The position numbers and the translations under genes are program-made. The notes under the pieces are model-generated. The model made no database searches and was not told the origin of the DNA. It was given only the letters and a program-made list of their open reading frames with translations. A stretch of 64,000 bases of DNA, taken from contig JAAXXG010000002.1 in the NCBI GenBank assembly GCA_013334575.1, forward strand, positions 69,377-133,376, read 5' to 3'. Below, piece after piece: positions 58,166-64,000 of the stretch. Origin of the DNA: Candidatus Moraniibacteriota bacterium. GTDB lineage: Bacteria; Patescibacteriota; Minisyncoccia; Moranbacterales; UBA1568. Each line of letters opens with the position of its first letter. Position 1 is the first letter of the stretch.

Positions 58166-59623
58166 TTATCGTTCCCCGGCGGAGGCCCGTTCGTAGGCGT
58201 CGGCTGCCCGAAGCATCGTTTCCTCGTCGAACCACTTGGCCATGAGCTGTCCGCCGAGCGGGAGCTCCTTTCCGTCCTCGGTGACCGTTCCCATGGGGAA
58301 CGAGACCGCCGGAATGCCGGCAAGGTTGGCCGTCACGGTATAGACGTCGGAGAGGTACATCTTGAGCGGGTCGTCCCCCTTCGCCCCGAACCGGAACGCC
58401 GGTTCCGGCGAAGTCGGCGAGAACACGAGGTCGACGTCGCGGAACGCCTCGGAGAAATCGCGACGGATAAGCGAACGGACCCGCTGCGCCTTCTTGTAGT
58501 AGGCGTCGTAGTAGCCGGCGGACAAGGCATAGGTTCCGAGCATCACGCGGCGTTTCACCTCGGGACCGAAGCCGTACGCGCGCGAATCGAGATAGGTCTC
58601 GAGAAGCGAGTCGGATTCCTTGAACCGATCCGATCCGTCATCGACGGACATACCGTAGCGGATGCCGTCGAACCGTGCGAGATTGGAACTCACCTCGGAC
58701 GGCATGATGATGTAGTAGACCGGAAGCGCATATTTCGCATGTGGAAGAGAGATCTCGCGTACCTCGGCACCGAGGGACCGGAAGCGTTCGACGGCCGTCT
58801 CGAAGACGGAACGGACGCGCGGATCGAGATCTTCCGAGAGGTATTCCTTCGGGATACCGATGCGGAGTCCGCGGATATCGCCGGAGAGAAAATCCTCGAA
58901 CCGCTTGCCGTCACTCTCGGCGGTGGTCACGTCCGCGGGATCGTATCCGTAGATTTCGGAAAGGACTATCGCCGCGTCTTCGACGGATTTCGCGAACGGT
59001 CCGATCTGGTCGAGAGAGGACGCCATGGCGATAAGCCCGTAGCGGGACACGCGGCCGTAGGTCGGCTTAAGCCCCACGACACCACAGAAGGATGCCGGCT
59101 GTCGGATGGAGCCGCCCGTATCGCTCCCGAGCGCGAATACCGCCAGATCCGCCGCGACCGCCGCGGCCGAACCGCCGGAAGATCCGCCGGGCACGCGCTC
59201 CGGATCGATGGGATTCCTGGTCTGCCGATAAGCGCTCGATTCGGTGGACGACCCCATCGCGAACTCGTCGAGGTTCGTCTTCCCGAGAACGACCGAACCG
59301 GCCTCAAGAAGGCGGGACACCGCGGTCGCATCGTACGGGGCGATATAGCCGTCGAGGATCTTCGAACCGGCCGTCGTCCGTGTTCCGGTGCGGCACATGT
59401 TGTCCTTGATGGCACACGGGATTCCTTCCAGGAGACCGATATCCTCGCCGCGAGCAATCTTCCCGTCGACGATCCGAGCCGACGCGAGCGCCTGTTCCCC
59501 AAGCACCGTCAGGTAGGCACCAAGCTCGCCGTCACGCTCGGCGATGCGTGAAAGGTACGCCTCGGCGAGTCCGGTCGCGGTAACCTCGCCATTCTTCAGC
59601 TGTTCGTGGATCGATCGGATCAT
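58166..59623 (-). CDS. gatA: Asp/Glu-tRNA amidotransferase subunit A
   Basis: IKDN, GKTNLDEFAMGSS, PGGSSGGS, GSDTGGSIRQPA. Confidence 0.97.
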   Translation of the reverse strand: MIRSIHEQLKNGEVTATGLAEAYLSRIAERDGELGAYLTVLGEQALASARIVDGKIARGEDIGLLEGIPCAIKDNMCRTGTRTTAGSKILDGYIAPYDATAVSRLLEAGSVVLGKTNLDEFAMGSSTESSAYRQTRNPIDPERVPGGSSGGSAAAVAADLAVFALGSDTGGSIRQPASFCGVVGLKPTYGRVSRYGLIAMASSLDQIGPFAKSVEDAAIVLSEIYGYDPADVTTAESDGKRFEDFLSGDIRGLRIGIPKEYLSEDLDPRVRSVFETAVERFRSLGAEVREISLPHAKYALPVYYIIMPSEVSSNLARFDGIRYGMSVDDGSDRFKESDSLLETYLDSRAYGFGPEVKRRVMLGTYALSAGYYDAYYKKAQRVRSLIRRDFSEAFRDVDLVFSPTSPEPAFRFGAKGDDPLKMYLSDVYTVTANLAGIPAVSFPMGTVTEDGKELPLGGQLMAKWFDEETMLRAADAYERASAGER

Positions 59624-59652
59624 GGGAGCGCGTCTTGCCGGATAAATCTCGG

Positions 59653-59940
59653 TCAGAATACCGAACGGACCTTCACGTACCCGTCCTTCACGGACGGGAC
59701 GTTCTTCATGATATCGTCGCGACCGACGGAACCGAACGGCTCCGCGCGGTCCTCACGGGTATCGTTCTCCTTCACGGGAACACCCTCCTCGTCCGCCCCG
59801 TCCGACAGATCAAGCGCCTCGAGTTCCCGGAAGAAATCGAGGACCGATGAAAGATCCTTCCGATACCGCTCAATTTCCGCATCGGTAAGTCCGATCCGGG
59901 CAAGGAGCGCGATCCGTTTCACTTCGTCCGTCGAAAGCAT
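59653..59940 (-). CDS. gatC: Asp/Glu-tRNA amidotransferase subunit C
   Basis: EVKRIALLARI, RED, YVKV; upstream of gatA. Confidence 0.9.
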   Translation of the reverse strand: MLSTDEVKRIALLARIGLTDAEIERYRKDLSSVLDFFRELEALDLSDGADEEGVPVKENDTREDRAEPFGSVGRDDIMKNVPSVKDGYVKVRSVF

Positions 59941-59975
59941 GTGGGTAGTCTCAGAAAAAGAGGGGGGGGGAACCA

Positions 59976-62060
<2,085 letters not shown>

Positions 62061-62083
62061 TCATACCGGGTTGTCACCGCCGA

Positions 62084-62704
62084 TCAGATCGAGCCGGCGG
62101 CATAATCGTAATCGCGCAACGAGACCGTGGATTGCAGACTCGTTCCGAGCGAGGAAGTCGGTGATTTCTTCACCGAAACAAAGACGGTCACCCGACCGAC
62201 CGAACCGCCCGGAGGATACTCCGTCGGATTCCTGGACGGGGTAGCTTCGAAATGTCCCGTCACCGACGAACCGCTTGAGGCGGTAAGGTTCTGCCACGAA
62301 CAGGAGGGGCTGCCGCACGCGTTCAGAATCCCGGACGTACACTGCGTCTTGACGCTGGTAATCGGCCCGCTTACGGACATCCAACGAGCCTGGATCGCCC
62401 CGGTTCCCGCATCGAACCGGTATCCGAAACAACGGCTGGTCGAATGATCGAAAAAGGTCATGGACTGCGAGGCGGCTTCGATAACCGTACTCGTCCGCAG
62501 GTATTTCGAAAGCGAGTTTACGGCGTACTGCGCCGACTCTATGTCGCGCTGGATTTCGCGAGAATTCCCGAACATGGAAAAAGCCGAGGAGGAAATAGCC
62601 GAGACTCCGGCAGATATCACCGCAAAAATTCCGATAGATACGATAAGCTCCACGAGGGAGAATCCCCGCATCTTCCGTTTCCTGGTTCCGCGCTTCGGTT
62701 TCAT
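62084..62704 (-). CDS. Type IV minor pilin (PilW-like)
   Basis: Basic leader + G|FSLVE. Confidence 0.85.
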   Translation of the reverse strand: MKPKRGTRKRKMRGFSLVELIVSIGIFAVISAGVSAISSSAFSMFGNSREIQRDIESAQYAVNSLSKYLRTSTVIEAASQSMTFFDHSTSRCFGYRFDAGTGAIQARWMSVSGPITSVKTQCTSGILNACGSPSCSWQNLTASSGSSVTGHFEATPSRNPTEYPPGGSVGRVTVFVSVKKSPTSSLGTSLQSTVSLRDYDYAAGSI

Positions 62705-62727
62705 ACTTTTCTTCGGACGGGATAATC

Positions 62728-63309
62728 CTACGGCCCCCATGGCGTAAGCGTCGACTCCGCGTAGACACAGCCGTTTCCGGCGCGACAATTCGCCCGGATA
62801 TCGGCCGCGTTCGCCGTATTGGAATACGACCCCCAATATACCGCACTGACACAGGTCACCTGTTCCTGCTGAGTGCCGCTCGAATAGGAAAGATATATCC
62901 TCCGTTTGAAACGCCCGCTGGTTCCGGTATGGATATAGTGCCCGCCGGACTCCGCCAGATCGAACGAAGACTGTCCGCAGGATATCTTGGTCGCCGGCGT
63001 ACTGAGCGCGGAGCTGGTAACGTCGATCCGGCAGTTGCTCGCGCTCCAGGGAGCGGACGACGTCGGCAGCCACGCGGTCAGGCTCCGATTTCCGGCCAGG
63101 ACGTTGTTATCCTTCACGTTCTTCAGGAGTTCAATTCCTTCCTGCGCGAGTTCGGATGCGGCGACGGTGTCCCGACTCCGTAACGAGGCATTGAATGCCT
63201 TCGTCGCCGATAACAGCACCGGAAGGATGCCGATAGTAAGAACGGCCACCGAAAGAAGTACTTCAAGGAGCGAGAAGCCTTTCAGATGTTTCGGTCTTGG
63301 ATTCCTCAT
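62728..63309 (-). CDS. Type IV minor pilin (PilV-like)
   Basis: G|FSLLE; A..LAQEGIE. Confidence 0.85.
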   Translation of the reverse strand: MRNPRPKHLKGFSLLEVLLSVAVLTIGILPVLLSATKAFNASLRSRDTVAASELAQEGIELLKNVKDNNVLAGNRSLTAWLPTSSAPWSASNCRIDVTSSALSTPATKISCGQSSFDLAESGGHYIHTGTSGRFKRRIYLSYSSGTQQEQVTCVSAVYWGSYSNTANAADIRANCRAGNGCVYAESTLTPWGP

Positions 63310-63328
63310 GTCTTTCTGCTTTTCCTCC

Positions 63329-63781
63329 TTAGCAACCCGAGCCGATCGGACGCTCCTCGACCCTCCCGAGCGGGTAGACGCAGACATGAGCCGTCACACC
63401 GCCTTTCGTGAGCGAGAAATCGACGGATCCGGAAACGAGTTCGACGCCTCCGGAATTTATCGGCTCTCCCTGCGGGACACGGAACGCCACCGCTTGAGAT
63501 GCCGATAAGACGACTCCGTCCGGCAAGTTCACCGCTCCCGACTGGAACGGAACGCAGGGAATCGACGAGCACGAGGAGATATTCTTTCCCGTGACAGCAT
63601 CGTTCTGCGCCTGCCGTAGGGCGGCGGCAACGACACGTTCACCCCCTTCGACCGCGCGACGCGCCTTGAACGGAACGAGGGAAGCCAGGGATGCCGTCGT
63701 AACGATGGCAATGAGTGCCGTCGTGATCATTATCTCGATAAGCGTGAACCCCGCTTCCGTTCGCTTCCGTTTCTTGCGCAT
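63329..63781 (-). CDS. Type IV pilin (FimT/GspH-like)
   Basis: G|FTLIE; LRQAQNDA. Confidence 0.85.
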   Translation of the reverse strand: MRKKRKRTEAGFTLIEIMITTALIAIVTTASLASLVPFKARRAVEGGERVVAAALRQAQNDAVTGKNISSCSSIPCVPFQSGAVNLPDGVVLSASQAVAFRVPQGEPINSGGVELVSGSVDFSLTKGGVTAHVCVYPLGRVEERPIGSGC

Positions 63782-63788
63782 ATCAGCA

Positions 63789-64000
63789 TCACATGAGACC
63801 GACGAACAGTTCTTGAACCATTGTACCAAAGAAGAGCATGAAAATCACGCTTGCCACCAAAAACGGCGCAAACGGCAACTGACTCTTAAGTCCCTTCCGA
63901 CCCGAAACCATGAGTACGATTCCGACGATCGCCCCGGTTCCGAACGCGATCGTCAGAGTCGGCAAAAGAAGACGCCAGCCGACGACGAGCCCGAGCACGA
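63789..64000 (-). CDS. pilD: Prepilin peptidase, C-terminal part (truncated by window edge)
   Basis: GAIVGI..LPFAPFL; adjacent to pilins. Confidence 0.8.
   Translation of the reverse strand, partial: VLGLVVGWRLLLPTLTIAFGTGAIVGIVLMVSGRKGLKSQLPFAPFLVASVIFMLFFGTMVQELFVGLM

Overview
GC-rich bacterial chromosome segment, almost all genes on the minus strand. Gene content suggests Patescibacteria/CPR, probably Parcubacteria (inference): short ProRS without editing domain, archaeal-type UMP kinase, double-length ThyX, type IV pilins, and core genes lacking SD sites. The housekeeping backbone includes proS, pyrH, clpB, recJ, dnaJ, mltG, pcm, trxA, rnhB, dnaE, miaA, gatB/gatA/gatC, dut-tmk-thyX, dcd, rplA-rplK-nusG-secE, ligA and pilD/pilins. 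Self-contained accessory genes are interspersed in it. Highlights: (1) an ApbE + ferric-reductase-like flavinylation module with small membrane-anchored proteins ending in TRAS/TKSSS, inserted between two MacB permeases; (2) a dispersed, same-orientation ~58-bp element (6 copies, covarying arms around a GCT-N6-AGC core) at accessory-gene junctions, two of which bracket a leuCD-fusion/leuB pair; (3) repeated 45-120 bp diverged duplications of neighbouring gene ends around inserted genes; (4) CIRCE variants whose shared mismatch creates a -35 box; (5) a RAYT with REPs, one in-frame inside miaA; (6) a catalytically dead HtrA and a receiver domain lacking its Asp. No rRNA, tRNA or CRISPR array was seen. 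Start codons were chosen by eye and all product calls come from motif recognition, not database searches.
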